IMG/VR virus record: IMGVR_UViG_3300032322_001011
Span: 20,696-84,695 of that record
Direction: 5' to 3' (one strand)
Length of the DNA: 64,000 bases
Source: a virus
Part shown: positions 25,608 through 36,478 of the stretch, piece after piece
Position numbering within the stretch: the stretch's first letter is position 1
Layout: every line of letters starts with the position of its first letter
Translations under genes and position numbers: made by a program
The notes under the pieces: generated by a model
Seen by the model: only the letters and a program-made list of their open reading frames with translations
What the model was told of the DNA's origin: nothing
Database searches by the model: none

Positions 25608-26180
25608 CTATAACTGTTTGGTTTTGATAGACCCGTCAGAATAGACGGTAATCTGCATTACAGGCTCTACAACGCTCAATACTTTCTCCATGCGTGGGGT
25701 AGACACCACCTCTGGTTTTGGTGCATCCTGGGGCTTCCTAGGGGCCTCTGGGGTGCTATCTACGGTCAGTGGGGCAAGACCATTGGTCAACTCCAAGCAA
25801 CTCAGGTTGCGGTCATGCGCTCCAAAAACTAAACTCTGAGTAAGGTCTGTTGCTTCCTTAGTCTCATCTTCGTCATACAGGACAAGGACTGCTAGTGAAT
25901 TCTCTGAACGAGTTTGGGCTTGAAAAAAAGCGTCTTCTACAAGGCTGTCTACCTTGACAATTGAATCGGAAGCCTGACCAACTGCTGGGGGGACTTTTCC
26001 AGATTCTGTATAGACCGTGAACTTTGCACTGTGGTCAATCATCCAGTCAAGGACTCGTGCCTGACCTGCGGTTGGTTTACCTGTCCACAAGATGTGAAAC
26101 CAACTTCCTTTAAGGTCACTAAGACCAGATTCAATTACGTTTGCTGATGCGTTACCAGTACCACCGATTAAGTAATCCAT
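25608..26180 (-). CDS. Hypothetical protein
   Basis: 190 aa; AGGA RBS. Confidence 0.7.
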   Translation of the reverse strand: MDYLIGGTGNASANVIESGLSDLKGSWFHILWTGKPTAGQARVLDWMIDHSAKFTVYTESGKVPPAVGQASDSIVKVDSLVEDAFFQAQTRSENSLAVLVLYDEDETKEATDLTQSLVFGAHDRNLSCLELTNGLAPLTVDSTPEAPRKPQDAPKPEVVSTPRMEKVLSVVEPVMQITVYSDGSIKTKQL

Positions 26181-26189
26181 GTTCTTTCC

Positions 26190-26462
26190 TTATTTGATTG
26201 AGCGTTTAAACGACATGTCCCCCATTAGAGTCAGCAAGCGTAGCAGGGTGTGTACCGTTCCTGCAAGTGTCGCTACTGCTAAACCTGCTAACCATCGGTC
26301 ATCAAAAGGAACGATAAAGATTGAAGCGTAAGACAAAACTGTTCCTACCAATACCTTGACCCACGGCATTGCTTCCCGTGGAGAAATTGCTTCAAGTATT
26401 TGAACTGCTTTGTAAACGGCTAATGCACAGATTATGTAGTTCATTCTTTTCCTGGAATCCAA
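26190..26462 (-). CDS. Small membrane protein
   Basis: Three hydrophobic segments; start may be MNYIIC. Confidence 0.6.
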   Translation of the reverse strand: MDSRKRMNYIICALAVYKAVQILEAISPREAMPWVKVLVGTVLSYASIFIVPFDDRWLAGLAVATLAGTVHTLLRLLTLMGDMSFKRSIK

Positions 26463-28069
26463 TCGTATATAACTTCGTATCCTGTAAGACCTTTAATCAA
26501 TACTGTAACTGGAATGAGGGTTGGCAACAACTTGTTAATTGCGTTTTTTGTTTTCTGTTTGTTTGTAGTGTACAAAGAATAAGAAGCGTATTGACTACCA
26601 CTCCAAGCGTAGTCAGCAAAGTTGTTTTGATAAATAAACCCACCAAAGTCTGAGTCACCGTTGAAGAATGTTCCATAAGTTTTTGGTTCAACCATCCACT
26701 CTGAAACTGTCATGGTTTGCCCAGCGTTTAACTTAAACAGCATTACTGGATATGCCATAGCACTAGCGCTATCTGGCATAAGAGTTACACGGCGGCCTGT
26801 GGGTGAAAGGTTCACTGGGATCAAAGAATCAGTTTGTTCGGCTGTGTTCCATGTTGCCCACCCAGCAGATGCTGACCAGTATGAACCGTACACAGATCCA
26901 TTACCAGATACTTTCATAGAAGACCAGTAATCTGTTTCTGCATCTACAGGTACGGCTACCATTGAGGTAAGGGCAAATTGTGCTGAAGCACCGCTTGTGT
27001 TTGTAACTGTGAGAACTTCATTTGATTTGGTGTACGAGCATGATGCAGTAGAAGAACTAAATTCCCATTTTTTAACCCCTGTTTCAATTACAAACAATGA
27101 GTCAGCAACAAGGTTTACCTTTTCGGAGTACACACGGAAGGTGTATCGGGGGTCTGTAGTGTTTTCAACTACATCAACTTGGCAACCACTTAGCGCCGTA
27201 ATGTATTGTGCTGCTGCTTCAATAGTTCCTTTACGTAAACGGTAGTAACCAATGTCTTGGATGATCTGGCGGATACGTGAAGTACCGATTTCTTCTGGTG
27301 TTATTTCCAAACCAAGCATGTTTGTTAGATGAGAAATTGATGTTGATTCATTTAACGAAGGGTCATACCCAGTCATAACTGCATCAATAAGGGTTTGTGT
27401 TCTATCCATTTCAAAACCAAAAATTGAAATGAACCTACGGAATTGTCCTTGACCTTGGTTGTACGGGTCAATATCTGCCCCAGATGTATCCGAAGAACGA
27501 AGATACTCAGGAATTCTTTTCCATAACTTGTCAGTTGATCCGTGGTTATAAGGAACTAATTCTTGTAATGTCGCTACACGTTCGTACCAACTAACACCAG
27601 TAGGTCCAGTTCCATTTTGGTTCCAATGCAAGAACAATGAATAGTAAGCCCATCTGCCTTGAGGAAGATCATGGTGTTCCACAGCCCAAACAATGTCGTC
27701 ATACTGTTGTGCTTTAATTACGACACCATCAGCGACAGTTTCTGGAGCACCATTTTTTCCGTAGACAACTACAATTTCATATATTCCAGACTCACCAGAT
27801 CCATTTTCAGAAGGGTTGTTCATTCCAAATTGTGACCATTCCAAATTAATTGTTGCGTAGTCAACCGCAGTAGCAGTAAAAGTTGCGTTGACAACTAGTT
27901 CTCCAGTTGCTGCAATGAACCCATCAGCACGTAGTGCGTTATCTGATGTATCTCTAGTTAGTCCAGTTGGTGCTGTTGTATCCGTACCACGAAGGTACGA
28001 ACCAAATGGGTTAGAGTCAGGCGCACCAACGGTGTCTTGCCTACGAACACGGAACGAGGTGTATGCCAT
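26441..28069 (-). CDS. Baseplate wedge / tail protein I-like
   Basis: LWKRIPEYLR...FISIFGFEMD...YYRLRKGT; follows baseplate J. Confidence 0.7.
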   Translation of the reverse strand: MAYTSFRVRRQDTVGAPDSNPFGSYLRGTDTTAPTGLTRDTSDNALRADGFIAATGELVVNATFTATAVDYATINLEWSQFGMNNPSENGSGESGIYEIVVVYGKNGAPETVADGVVIKAQQYDDIVWAVEHHDLPQGRWAYYSLFLHWNQNGTGPTGVSWYERVATLQELVPYNHGSTDKLWKRIPEYLRSSDTSGADIDPYNQGQGQFRRFISIFGFEMDRTQTLIDAVMTGYDPSLNESTSISHLTNMLGLEITPEEIGTSRIRQIIQDIGYYRLRKGTIEAAAQYITALSGCQVDVVENTTDPRYTFRVYSEKVNLVADSLFVIETGVKKWEFSSSTASCSYTKSNEVLTVTNTSGASAQFALTSMVAVPVDAETDYWSSMKVSGNGSVYGSYWSASAGWATWNTAEQTDSLIPVNLSPTGRRVTLMPDSASAMAYPVMLFKLNAGQTMTVSEWMVEPKTYGTFFNGDSDFGGFIYQNNFADYAWSGSQYASYSLYTTNKQKTKNAINKLLPTLIPVTVLIKGLTGYEVIYDWIPGKE

Positions 28070-28070
28070 A

Positions 28071-29882
28071 TTATGCCGTTACAATTCCGCCACTAGATGT
28101 AATTACCAACGAAGATAACAATAAAAGTGTTCCAGTTGTAGTTGTAACACCTTTAACGCTTGGGCTAATCCCAACAGTGTCAATTGTGTTTGGACTACTT
28201 GTTGTGGTGAATTGATTAATGGTTACGTAATCAACTCCAGATACATCAAGTATTGTCCTATACAAAGTTCCTAAAGTTACCACCTGGTCAAATGAAACAT
28301 TTGAAAAAGAGAACAAATCTTTAATTGCGTTTGTTACATCATCTTCAACGCTTTGTTTAACATATGTTGGCATTACGTTTAATGTAATGTCAATATTTAC
28401 AGGTGTTAAAGTCACTGTTGGCATAACTACAGAGTTAACACCAATCATTTGACGTGGATTGATGTAGTCATATACTTGCGTACGAGTAAACGCATCTACA
28501 TAAAGTGGTGATGTTGTTGGTGATACATCTAGTGTTCCGTCATAAATTGCTTGGTCAGTGAGTGCGTATATTCTAATGTTGTCGTTACGCCATAAAGCAG
28601 TAGCAGAGTTAACTGCAATAGATGCGGTGTTTGAGTACCCATCATCTATTGCATAAGCCAATGTTGTTGCTGATGCCGTAGTTAGTTGGAAAGAACCATC
28701 GTATGGTTCTCCTAACCCAGAAACTCCAATAATATTAGAAACTGTAAGTCCATGTGCTGATGCTGTCTTAAGAATTACATAGTCATTAGTAATTTGTTTA
28801 GACGTAATAAGACCCTGGTAGGAAACACTTGCACTCACAGCAGCAGTTGCTTTTACAACGCTAGGAACACGAAGAGTTAAATCGCTGTAGTCGTTTAAGG
28901 ACACAGCACGGTCTTGTGAACGGAACGATGCTGGGATGTTATTTTGAAGTGATGCAATGCTTTCACTATCAGAACCACCAAATGCTTTAGTTGTGTTTGG
29001 AGTAATTTCAATACCATCATAGGTAGGTCCATAAATGTTGTTAAGTGATTCAAAACCTTGTACAGCGTTTACGTCTACGTTTCCAGCAGCACCACGACTA
29101 CGCCTGTACACAATACGAACAAGTGCGTTTGTGGTTGGGATTTTTCCGTGTACTGAGTTACCAAATACAATTGTGGATGAATCATCAGCAGCAAGAGATA
29201 CAGCAAATACTAAGTCTGAGTTTGTTGTCTCAATTAAACGATCAACTTTGCTATAAGTTACTTCAGCGCCGTTAGTTCCTTCAGCAATATATACTTCAAC
29301 CGAAGAGTCAATTACACCCGTGTATGACAATGTGTATTGTTGTGATACCCGACCATCACTGGTAAATGATTCCTCAAATAACTCACCTTCAGTAAGGTTT
29401 AGATTTACTGGTTCTGTTTTTTGGTATGTTGCATACCCAGATATAGCAGCACCAGTTGAGTTAAATGCAATAGCAGTATCAGATGTAAACACAACATCGT
29501 CAGCAGTATCCAACAGTGGTTTAGCCAAAAACCGTGTGTACTTTGGTATAAGAATGGGGGTAGCGTCTGTGGCCGAAGAATTTGTTGCGTCTAAAACAAT
29601 GTTTGTTGCTGCTGCGGTCCTACCTGCTGGTGTGTAGTCCAACAAGTTAGCAATTGCCAAAATACTTTCACGTTGTGTTGCTGTTTCTAAGAACGATTCT
29701 TGAGCAGCACGATCAATATAGTAATGAAGAATGTCTCCCATATAAGCCCAAAGGTCTACAAGTAACATACCGAAGTCAGATGAATCACGGGATGTCCATT
29801 CTGGTAGAACTTGTTCAGCACGTGCCAAAAGGTCAGTTTTAATTGAGAAGTAATCTCGGCTTGTGTAATCAAATGTGGTCAT
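28071..29882 (-). CDS. Baseplate J / gp6-like wedge protein
   Basis: DYTSRDY..IK..L...PEWT..D.SDFG; FLETATQRES; GGSDSES...QDRAVSLNDY. Confidence 0.9.
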   Translation of the reverse strand: MTTFDYTSRDYFSIKTDLLARAEQVLPEWTSRDSSDFGMLLVDLWAYMGDILHYYIDRAAQESFLETATQRESILAIANLLDYTPAGRTAAATNIVLDATNSSATDATPILIPKYTRFLAKPLLDTADDVVFTSDTAIAFNSTGAAISGYATYQKTEPVNLNLTEGELFEESFTSDGRVSQQYTLSYTGVIDSSVEVYIAEGTNGAEVTYSKVDRLIETTNSDLVFAVSLAADDSSTIVFGNSVHGKIPTTNALVRIVYRRSRGAAGNVDVNAVQGFESLNNIYGPTYDGIEITPNTTKAFGGSDSESIASLQNNIPASFRSQDRAVSLNDYSDLTLRVPSVVKATAAVSASVSYQGLITSKQITNDYVILKTASAHGLTVSNIIGVSGLGEPYDGSFQLTTASATTLAYAIDDGYSNTASIAVNSATALWRNDNIRIYALTDQAIYDGTLDVSPTTSPLYVDAFTRTQVYDYINPRQMIGVNSVVMPTVTLTPVNIDITLNVMPTYVKQSVEDDVTNAIKDLFSFSNVSFDQVVTLGTLYRTILDVSGVDYVTINQFTTTSSPNTIDTVGISPSVKGVTTTTGTLLLLSSLVITSSGGIVTA

Positions 29883-30289
29883 AATGGGCTTTCCTCAGTC
29901 AATGAAAGGGGGGATACAAGGTCTATTTGGATACTTCGCACCCCACCAATTGGCAATTTATACTGTACATCAATAAGCATTGTGTTCTCGTTTGAGCCAT
30001 TACGCTCAGAGTACCCACCAGGGATCATACGCATATCAAGTATTGCTGCCCCAGAAATATGCTTTTGTAATTCTCGTAATGTCTCCATTTTAAATTCAGA
30101 AAATATCATTGAATCAAAGTTTTCATATACAAGCATTTGGCTGTTAGCACCATAAGCAGATGACATAGGCCGTTCATACGTGTTTGTCAATATATAGTTT
30201 GCTACCTTTTGTGAGGTAACAGACGATGCCTCAGTAACTACTGCAACTTTTCCAGAGGGTGCTATTGAAAATGGTTCTTTAATAATCAT
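29879..30289 (-). CDS. gp25-like baseplate protein
   Basis: PFSI...ILTNTYERPMSSAYG; position. Confidence 0.8.
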   Translation of the reverse strand: MIIKEPFSIAPSGKVAVVTEASSVTSQKVANYILTNTYERPMSSAYGANSQMLVYENFDSMIFSEFKMETLRELQKHISGAAILDMRMIPGGYSERNGSNENTMLIDVQYKLPIGGVRSIQIDLVSPLSLTEESPL

Positions 30290-30291
30290 AA

Positions 30292-30519
30292 CTATCCTGT
30301 CGGTTTTATATTAATAATAAATACGTTTGTAAAGTGTTCGTCATCTGCGCCAACTACAACTTGGTTACCAACTGCTGGGACATCCCAAGGTGCTGACCTA
30401 CCGTAATACGAGATTGGAACAGTTACATCTGGTCCAAACTTTGAAGGTATACGGACTTTTATTTCTCCAGTACTTGCATTTGAATACGCAACTACAGCAC
30501 GGTACAAATTAGTAGACAT
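30292..30519 (-). CDS. Baseplate spike OB-fold (gpV/gp5 N-terminal-like)
   Basis: YRAVV...GEIKVRIP...PAVGNQVVV. Confidence 0.7.
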   Translation of the reverse strand: MSTNLYRAVVAYSNASTGEIKVRIPSKFGPDVTVPISYYGRSAPWDVPAVGNQVVVGADDEHFTNVFIINIKPTG

Positions 30520-31672
30520 AAGAAAATTCCTTTTGGGTTATCCATGTGTTATTAACCAATCGTGACCCTGGATGTTTTTTATACGTTCTTCCAGAACCAA
30601 GGGTCATAGAAGCAGCGTTAGTTGAATCTGTTTTTATATGTAAATGTGTTAAGTAATGATCAGTATTTATTACATGCCTTACTTCTTCTACAAACCAGTA
30701 ACCATCAAATTCCGATTGGTATTTATTAACAATAACAAGTGACCCAGGGAATACTGTAGAAATACCCAGTGCAGTAACATCAGCATGTAGAGGCACGGAT
30801 TGTTTTATGTATCCGTCTGCGTATTGTCGCAACGCTTCTTTAGATACAGCGTTCATGGTTACCTCTTGAGTAAACCTACGGTTTACTTTTTTACCTAAAC
30901 CACTTCCAACATTGTTTTTAGTTGAATACTCAACATTCTTTCCTTTTGCATCTAATGTTTTTATAACATAGTTATGGCTAGAACCGTGTGGTGTAACATC
31001 ACCAAATGTTCCTTTAAACTCCAAAATGTTTCCTGGGTTCCGTTCTGAACCTTTGTCTGCTTCTAATGAATTTAAAATAGTGACTGGCAAGGAACGATAA
31101 TACGAAGAAAAGGGGTCGTATACAGATATATGTGTATCAGTAACTGTGACGTAATAACCAAGTTGCTTTGCTGTACTTACAAGAACTTCCCAATCTGATT
31201 TAGAAGATTGATCTATTGATGGAATTACAAAGTTATTGTTTGGTACTGAGTAAGAAAAGTTATATCGGTTGGCAATAGTTTTAACTAACTTAGGCAAAGT
31301 AATATCTTTATAAACAATAGACCTAGTTGGCTTCATGTTATAACTAACACCAAAGCAAACCACTTTTGCTTCTTGAATGCGTGAGTCGTTTACAAGGCCC
31401 ATACGTGTATATGAGTTAGCCTCAACGTAGGCAACATACCCATGAAACTCTTTAATGTTTGCTTCGTTATTTCCAAACTTAATGTATACAGGTAATCCTG
31501 AGTACGCAGTTACAGCCTGTGGAGGAAACCCTGAATAAGTTAAGGTAGCCATATCGTGTTTGTTTTCAGAGAAAACAATTTCTGTAGAAACAACGTCAGC
31601 AACTGGTACTGTTCCGCCAACCACTTCAATCTCAATGATTGGGGCATCTTTATACGCATCCCTTCTAATCAT
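30509..31672 (-). CDS. Baseplate hub (gpD/gp27-like)
   Basis: EFHGYV, DQSSKSDWEVL..AKQLGY, FDGYWFVEEVRH. Confidence 0.8.
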   Translation of the reverse strand: MIRRDAYKDAPIIEIEVVGGTVPVADVVSTEIVFSENKHDMATLTYSGFPPQAVTAYSGLPVYIKFGNNEANIKEFHGYVAYVEANSYTRMGLVNDSRIQEAKVVCFGVSYNMKPTRSIVYKDITLPKLVKTIANRYNFSYSVPNNNFVIPSIDQSSKSDWEVLVSTAKQLGYYVTVTDTHISVYDPFSSYYRSLPVTILNSLEADKGSERNPGNILEFKGTFGDVTPHGSSHNYVIKTLDAKGKNVEYSTKNNVGSGLGKKVNRRFTQEVTMNAVSKEALRQYADGYIKQSVPLHADVTALGISTVFPGSLVIVNKYQSEFDGYWFVEEVRHVINTDHYLTHLHIKTDSTNAASMTLGSGRTYKKHPGSRLVNNTWITQKEFSYVY

Positions 31673-31917
31673 TGCGGAATACGGATAACCATCCCTGGTT
31701 CTAAATCTAAAGGAAATTGTACTTGTGGATTAAGGTCTGCGATTCTCCACCACAATGATGAATCACCATAGATTTCTGCTGCAATAGATTCAATTGTGTC
31801 TCTCATTCTTACTGTGTACTTCTGAACATAGACATCACGGACTTCTTTACGTTCAGCAGTACGCAATCCATTTAAGTTGACATCTGCGTAGGTATAACGA
31901 GAAAGAACTGTAATCAT
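31669..31917 (-). CDS. LysM / tail protein X
   Basis: YTVRMRDTIESIAAEIYGDSSLWWRIADLNP...GMVIRIP. Confidence 0.85.
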   Translation of the reverse strand: MITVLSRYTYADVNLNGLRTAERKEVRDVYVQKYTVRMRDTIESIAAEIYGDSSLWWRIADLNPQVQFPLDLEPGMVIRIPQ

Positions 31918-33743
31918 CAGTTAATCCTTTTCTTTTCAAGGTACGCAGGGGACAATGAAACTGATTTCCATAGTTGTTCGTCATCTGCTTGAAGACCCCT
32001 GTATGACTTAACTATTTTCTGTGGAGCGTACAAGGTTTGACCACCACGTGTTACTTTAATGTTTATTTCAAGATCAACATTAAACTTGTCTTGGTTAAAT
32101 GGTATTGGCAAGTTAGCAATTGGGCGTTCCCATTTATAGTGCGCTTCGTAATCATCATCACTTGCCAAACCAAAATAACAAGTGTCTGAGAAAGTATTAC
32201 TTACATCATATTTTGTATGAAAGTCTTGACAACTTAATGTAAATGGAGAACTAGACGTACCCCAAGACGATAGTGATATGCCACCAGTTGCTGCTGACGG
32301 TGGAGCACCAGTTTTGTATGTCCAACTACCACCAGCACTTGTTGGAATTGTTGACCTAGAGTTTGAAGCACCATCTACGTAAGAATGCCACCAAATCTTT
32401 ATTCTTCCAGAAAAAGTAATTGATAATCCACCACCAGTTTTACCTTTTGCAGTTGCTGCTTGGTAGAAGTCATGTCCTTTTTGTGAAACTTCAGAAGTGA
32501 AGTTAAAGATTTGGTCATTCTTTGCATTGTTAAAGATTGAGTCAATCAGACTTCTAGGTCCATTTTTTCCTTCTTGCCAATAAACTGTTCTAAAGAAGTT
32601 TTCCATTCCTTGTTGGGTTTGGGCAACAATTGCTTTGTCTGCTGCTGTCTGTGTCCCAGTAACAACTGGAGCACCAGTCCCTGGGTCTGATGAAACATCC
32701 AGTGTTGACAAGAACGTATTCTTTTGGGCAAAGCCAAAGTACAGTGCTTGTATTTGCAAACCTACAAGAGCCTGAGTAGGAACCATGTTTGGTGTGAACT
32801 TGTTAAATACGACCTGGCTACTCATTACAAAGCCTTCAATCATAAACAATTCAGATATCAATAAACGAATAGGTGTTGGAACCAAGAACGCCTTGTTACC
32901 CATGTTTGAAGCAAACGGTCCTAATTTTGCAGAATTAAATCCTGACGCAGCATCAGTGCTTGATGTATCTGTTTCATCTTTTCCTGTAGTGCTATTACCA
33001 GTTGAGGTAGTTTTAAATGCTGATGCATTTTCAATTAAGTCTTGTGCTATACCTTGACCAATAATGTCATCAAGAATTTTAAGGTCTGCAAGAACACCTA
33101 TTTCTGTAACCCATTTTGGATCATACTGTTCTGTAATGTAGGCTGCTGGATTAGTTGCAATGTTACTTGTTTCGTAAGAATTACCTTTAAGTAACTTCCC
33201 ATCTTCCCCACGGTACATATTTGTAGCAACTTCTGCTTCACGGTTAAATAGCAATTCAATTGAGAATGTTGATTGACCAGGAATAGGTTGAGCAAGTTGG
33301 TCTGGGCTTTGGTTAAAAAAGAACTGCATGTCGTAGTTTGCTTGAACACTGCGACTAATTGTTTGTGGGTTGAATTGAAAGTTGCAACGCAAGGTGTCTA
33401 AGGTTGGAGAACCTTTGACATGGTTGTAGTACTCAGTAAGTCTACGAATATACCCACGTTTAATTCCAAGTTTTGTTGAGTCTGTATTACTGTCATTTAA
33501 GGTAGCAATACGCTCTGCTGGTGTTGGGTATATGAATGGGGGATTTTTCTTTGAATATTGTGTATCTTCAGTAGCCTGTTCTCCCCATTTGATATCACTT
33601 TTAACACCAGCAGAGGGTGGTGGCGATGGTGATGTGACCTTACCAGCAGCCTTAATTGCGGCAGGGCCTTTACCTTGTGCTTTTGCAGCGATGGATGCCC
33701 AACGTGCTGCTTGTGCATCAATTGCTTTTTGATTGTCAGACAT
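31917..33743 (-). CDS. Tail tube initiator / baseplate-associated protein
   Basis: NFQFNPQTI...FSIELLFNR...KFTPNMVP; sits between the tape measure and LysM genes. Confidence 0.65.
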   Translation of the reverse strand: MSDNQKAIDAQAARWASIAAKAQGKGPAAIKAAGKVTSPSPPPSAGVKSDIKWGEQATEDTQYSKKNPPFIYPTPAERIATLNDSNTDSTKLGIKRGYIRRLTEYYNHVKGSPTLDTLRCNFQFNPQTISRSVQANYDMQFFFNQSPDQLAQPIPGQSTFSIELLFNREAEVATNMYRGEDGKLLKGNSYETSNIATNPAAYITEQYDPKWVTEIGVLADLKILDDIIGQGIAQDLIENASAFKTTSTGNSTTGKDETDTSSTDAASGFNSAKLGPFASNMGNKAFLVPTPIRLLISELFMIEGFVMSSQVVFNKFTPNMVPTQALVGLQIQALYFGFAQKNTFLSTLDVSSDPGTGAPVVTGTQTAADKAIVAQTQQGMENFFRTVYWQEGKNGPRSLIDSIFNNAKNDQIFNFTSEVSQKGHDFYQAATAKGKTGGGLSITFSGRIKIWWHSYVDGASNSRSTIPTSAGGSWTYKTGAPPSAATGGISLSSWGTSSSPFTLSCQDFHTKYDVSNTFSDTCYFGLASDDDYEAHYKWERPIANLPIPFNQDKFNVDLEINIKVTRGGQTLYAPQKIVKSYRGLQADDEQLWKSVSLSPAYLEKKRIN

Positions 33744-36478
33744 TAGTTAGTCCTCATTGCTTGTTTTTTAAGTTCCGTTTCAACCATCTTGATGATGTAT
33801 TCAGACAACTTACGTGCATCCCTTTCCGAACCACCACCACCAGTTAAGTTAATTACTGGGGCAATACTTATGTGGGTATCTCCACCTACTGCAACACTGG
33901 TTGAACCAGAACGAGTTGGTGCTCCCATTGGCATAGGGTCGCCTTTATCCACACCAGCAGATTTTGCGGCAGCCTGTGCTCGTGGCATCCAATCACCAGT
34001 TTTTGCTAAAGCATCACCCTTAATACCCCAAGGCGCTAGGTTCTTACTAACACCACCACTAAGAATCCATGCTGCTTTTACGTTTGTTTCTGGGTCAAAC
34101 AAATCTTCGTATTTGCTAATATTAAATTTCTTTAGACGATCAGGTCCAAGTTTTCCAAGCATGTTGATTTGGAAAAGACCATATGAGTTATCTGGTGGTT
34201 TTCCGTTGTGTGCTCTTGGCTTCCAATTGGATTCACGACCAGCAATAGCAAGCATGTTTACTAGATGATCGCCACGGAACCCTCTCTTATACAAGAGTTT
34301 TGCAAGGTCTTCTCCCTTCATTGATCCAGCAGAAAGGGTATAACTTGTTTGGTTAGTTTGTAATGTTGAATCAACATTAGTATTCCCAGAATACTTTGAG
34401 TACTTAGTACTAACACTAGTTACTTGGTTTCTGCTTTGGAGAACACTCATTTGCTCAACAGTACCAAGCCCTTGATATGCATCATACGTTGTTGGCTTGT
34501 TTGAAACGCTTTGTGATTGGTATTTATCTCCAACAACATCAGAACCAATTGGTTGTCCTGTAGCGTTATCTATTGCTACAGCACCACGAGAAGAACCAGC
34601 AGGCATACCCCATTGAGCGCCACCTTTTTCATAATCAAATCGTGAGTTAGGAAGTTCTGCTGGTTGTACGTGCCAAGGTTCACCGTTTACACCAGCAAAT
34701 GTTTTAAGACCGTATCTTCCAGCATTTTCTTGTACCCAATCAAGATCACCTACAAGGTCAGCAGCAAGACCAATTTCGTGCATAGAGTGTCCTGGGGGAG
34801 TTGCAGGAGCACCAGATACACGCTTCCAGTTTTCACCTTCCCAATTAACTTCACCGTTAGGGTCTTTCTTGTATCGTGACAAGAACAATTGACGCTGTTC
34901 TGATTCAGAACGAGAACCTTGACCAATACCTACGTTTGGGTTGTCTGCGATCATTTGGAACAAACGATCCCTAAACTTAGAATTCAAACCACGTACAGTA
35001 CTGCTATTTTGCATTTGGCTAAACGAGATTCGGCTCTTTCCATATGTTGGAACCATCGTGTCACCAGCAGGCATGCTTCCGTCACCCATAGCCAGTTGTC
35101 CACCAAGCATCATTAGTGGGACACCAAATGCTGCGCCAGCACCAGTCATTGAAGCAATACCACCACCAAGCATCATGGCAGCGCCAAGTCCTTTTCGTGC
35201 TAGTCCACCTTTAGTACTAATTCCAACACCAATTATTCCACGGAGTTTGTGTTCAAAATCTGCCAATGCTTTTGTTGTTGCTTGAATACCCTTTTCCATT
35301 TTGGCGTAGTTATCAGCCTGATCTTTATAAAACTGCTCATCACGCTTATCTTTAACCATTGTGGTCTTCTCTGCTTGAGTAGCAAAGTTATCCTCAATGC
35401 CCATCAACTTACGTTGGGCGGCGCTTGATGGGTCGTAATCACCTTTTCCACCCTTACTGCGGTAGGTGTTATTTCCTTCAGCATAATCAAATACCAAGTT
35501 TTGAATGTCTTCACTAACACCCATTGCAGACAAACGAGTACGGGTTACCGAACCACTTTGCCTTGCGCCTTTAACTAACGTAGGGTTAGAAAGCAGACCA
35601 GAGTTTCTTGCAATGTCTTTTACAACTTGGTCTATTGAACGCTGTTTGCCACCAGGCCCATAAAGACCAGTACCAAGCATCATGGTCATTCGGTTGTTGG
35701 TTTGTGCAGAGCCAAGGTTTTGAGCCATACCTGCAATGTCACCTGTGCTTAGTGAGAACCCAGACAACGCACGAAGACCTTCAACTCCAGCCACGTTTTG
35801 TTGGGCGTTAATACCAGTTTGTGCTTGCAACGCAAGTAGTGTGTTAATTCCACCTTCACCAAGCATTCTTCCAGTCATTGGTTGGCGAACTTGGGATTGG
35901 TATTGCTGTTGACTAATACCCATCACTTGCTGATAATAAACACCTAACTTGTCAGCACTCTGTGCTTTTGCATAACCAGAGTTGGCACGAGTATCCATTG
36001 CTTGTAGTGCTGTTGATAGTATTTGGGTTAGCCCAGCAAATGCTCCAGAACCACGCACTGGTCCATCATCTACTCCACCGTATCCACCACCACTAGGGGC
36101 TGTTGGAGATGGAAGTACAAACGTATTTCGTGGAGCATAAATTTGTGGAGCAGAGATTGCGTTTGCGCTGGTGTTGTTTAGAAATGGGTTTACAGCAGCA
36201 CTGTATTGAGTCTTACCCCCACCAGCAGCAGCACCACCTGAAAGGTTTGAAAGGTTTAGTCCTGCAATCTTGGCAAGTGTTCTGTAAGTAGTATCTAACT
36301 TAGTGTTAATTGAAGAAAGGTTTTGATTCAAATACATAAAAGACGATTTGATATCTTTTACGTTTGTAGACATTTCCTTTAAAGATTGGTTGTCTATTTT
36401 AAAGCGAGCACGAATATCGGCAGCAGCGCTGCCTCGTGGGATTGACCCTCGCCCTCCAGTTAAATCATTTTCAGCCAT
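33743..36478 (-). CDS. Tape measure protein with M15 peptidase and SLT lytic transglycosylase domains
   Basis: A/G/Q-rich helical N-terminal part; PPGHSMHEIGLAADL...EPWHVQ; AIAGRESNW...SYGLFQINM...NVKAAW. Confidence 0.88.
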   Translation of the reverse strand: MAENDLTGGRGSIPRGSAAADIRARFKIDNQSLKEMSTNVKDIKSSFMYLNQNLSSINTKLDTTYRTLAKIAGLNLSNLSGGAAAGGGKTQYSAAVNPFLNNTSANAISAPQIYAPRNTFVLPSPTAPSGGGYGGVDDGPVRGSGAFAGLTQILSTALQAMDTRANSGYAKAQSADKLGVYYQQVMGISQQQYQSQVRQPMTGRMLGEGGINTLLALQAQTGINAQQNVAGVEGLRALSGFSLSTGDIAGMAQNLGSAQTNNRMTMMLGTGLYGPGGKQRSIDQVVKDIARNSGLLSNPTLVKGARQSGSVTRTRLSAMGVSEDIQNLVFDYAEGNNTYRSKGGKGDYDPSSAAQRKLMGIEDNFATQAEKTTMVKDKRDEQFYKDQADNYAKMEKGIQATTKALADFEHKLRGIIGVGISTKGGLARKGLGAAMMLGGGIASMTGAGAAFGVPLMMLGGQLAMGDGSMPAGDTMVPTYGKSRISFSQMQNSSTVRGLNSKFRDRLFQMIADNPNVGIGQGSRSESEQRQLFLSRYKKDPNGEVNWEGENWKRVSGAPATPPGHSMHEIGLAADLVGDLDWVQENAGRYGLKTFAGVNGEPWHVQPAELPNSRFDYEKGGAQWGMPAGSSRGAVAIDNATGQPIGSDVVGDKYQSQSVSNKPTTYDAYQGLGTVEQMSVLQSRNQVTSVSTKYSKYSGNTNVDSTLQTNQTSYTLSAGSMKGEDLAKLLYKRGFRGDHLVNMLAIAGRESNWKPRAHNGKPPDNSYGLFQINMLGKLGPDRLKKFNISKYEDLFDPETNVKAAWILSGGVSKNLAPWGIKGDALAKTGDWMPRAQAAAKSAGVDKGDPMPMGAPTRSGSTSVAVGGDTHISIAPVINLTGGGGSERDARKLSEYIIKMVETELKKQAMRTN

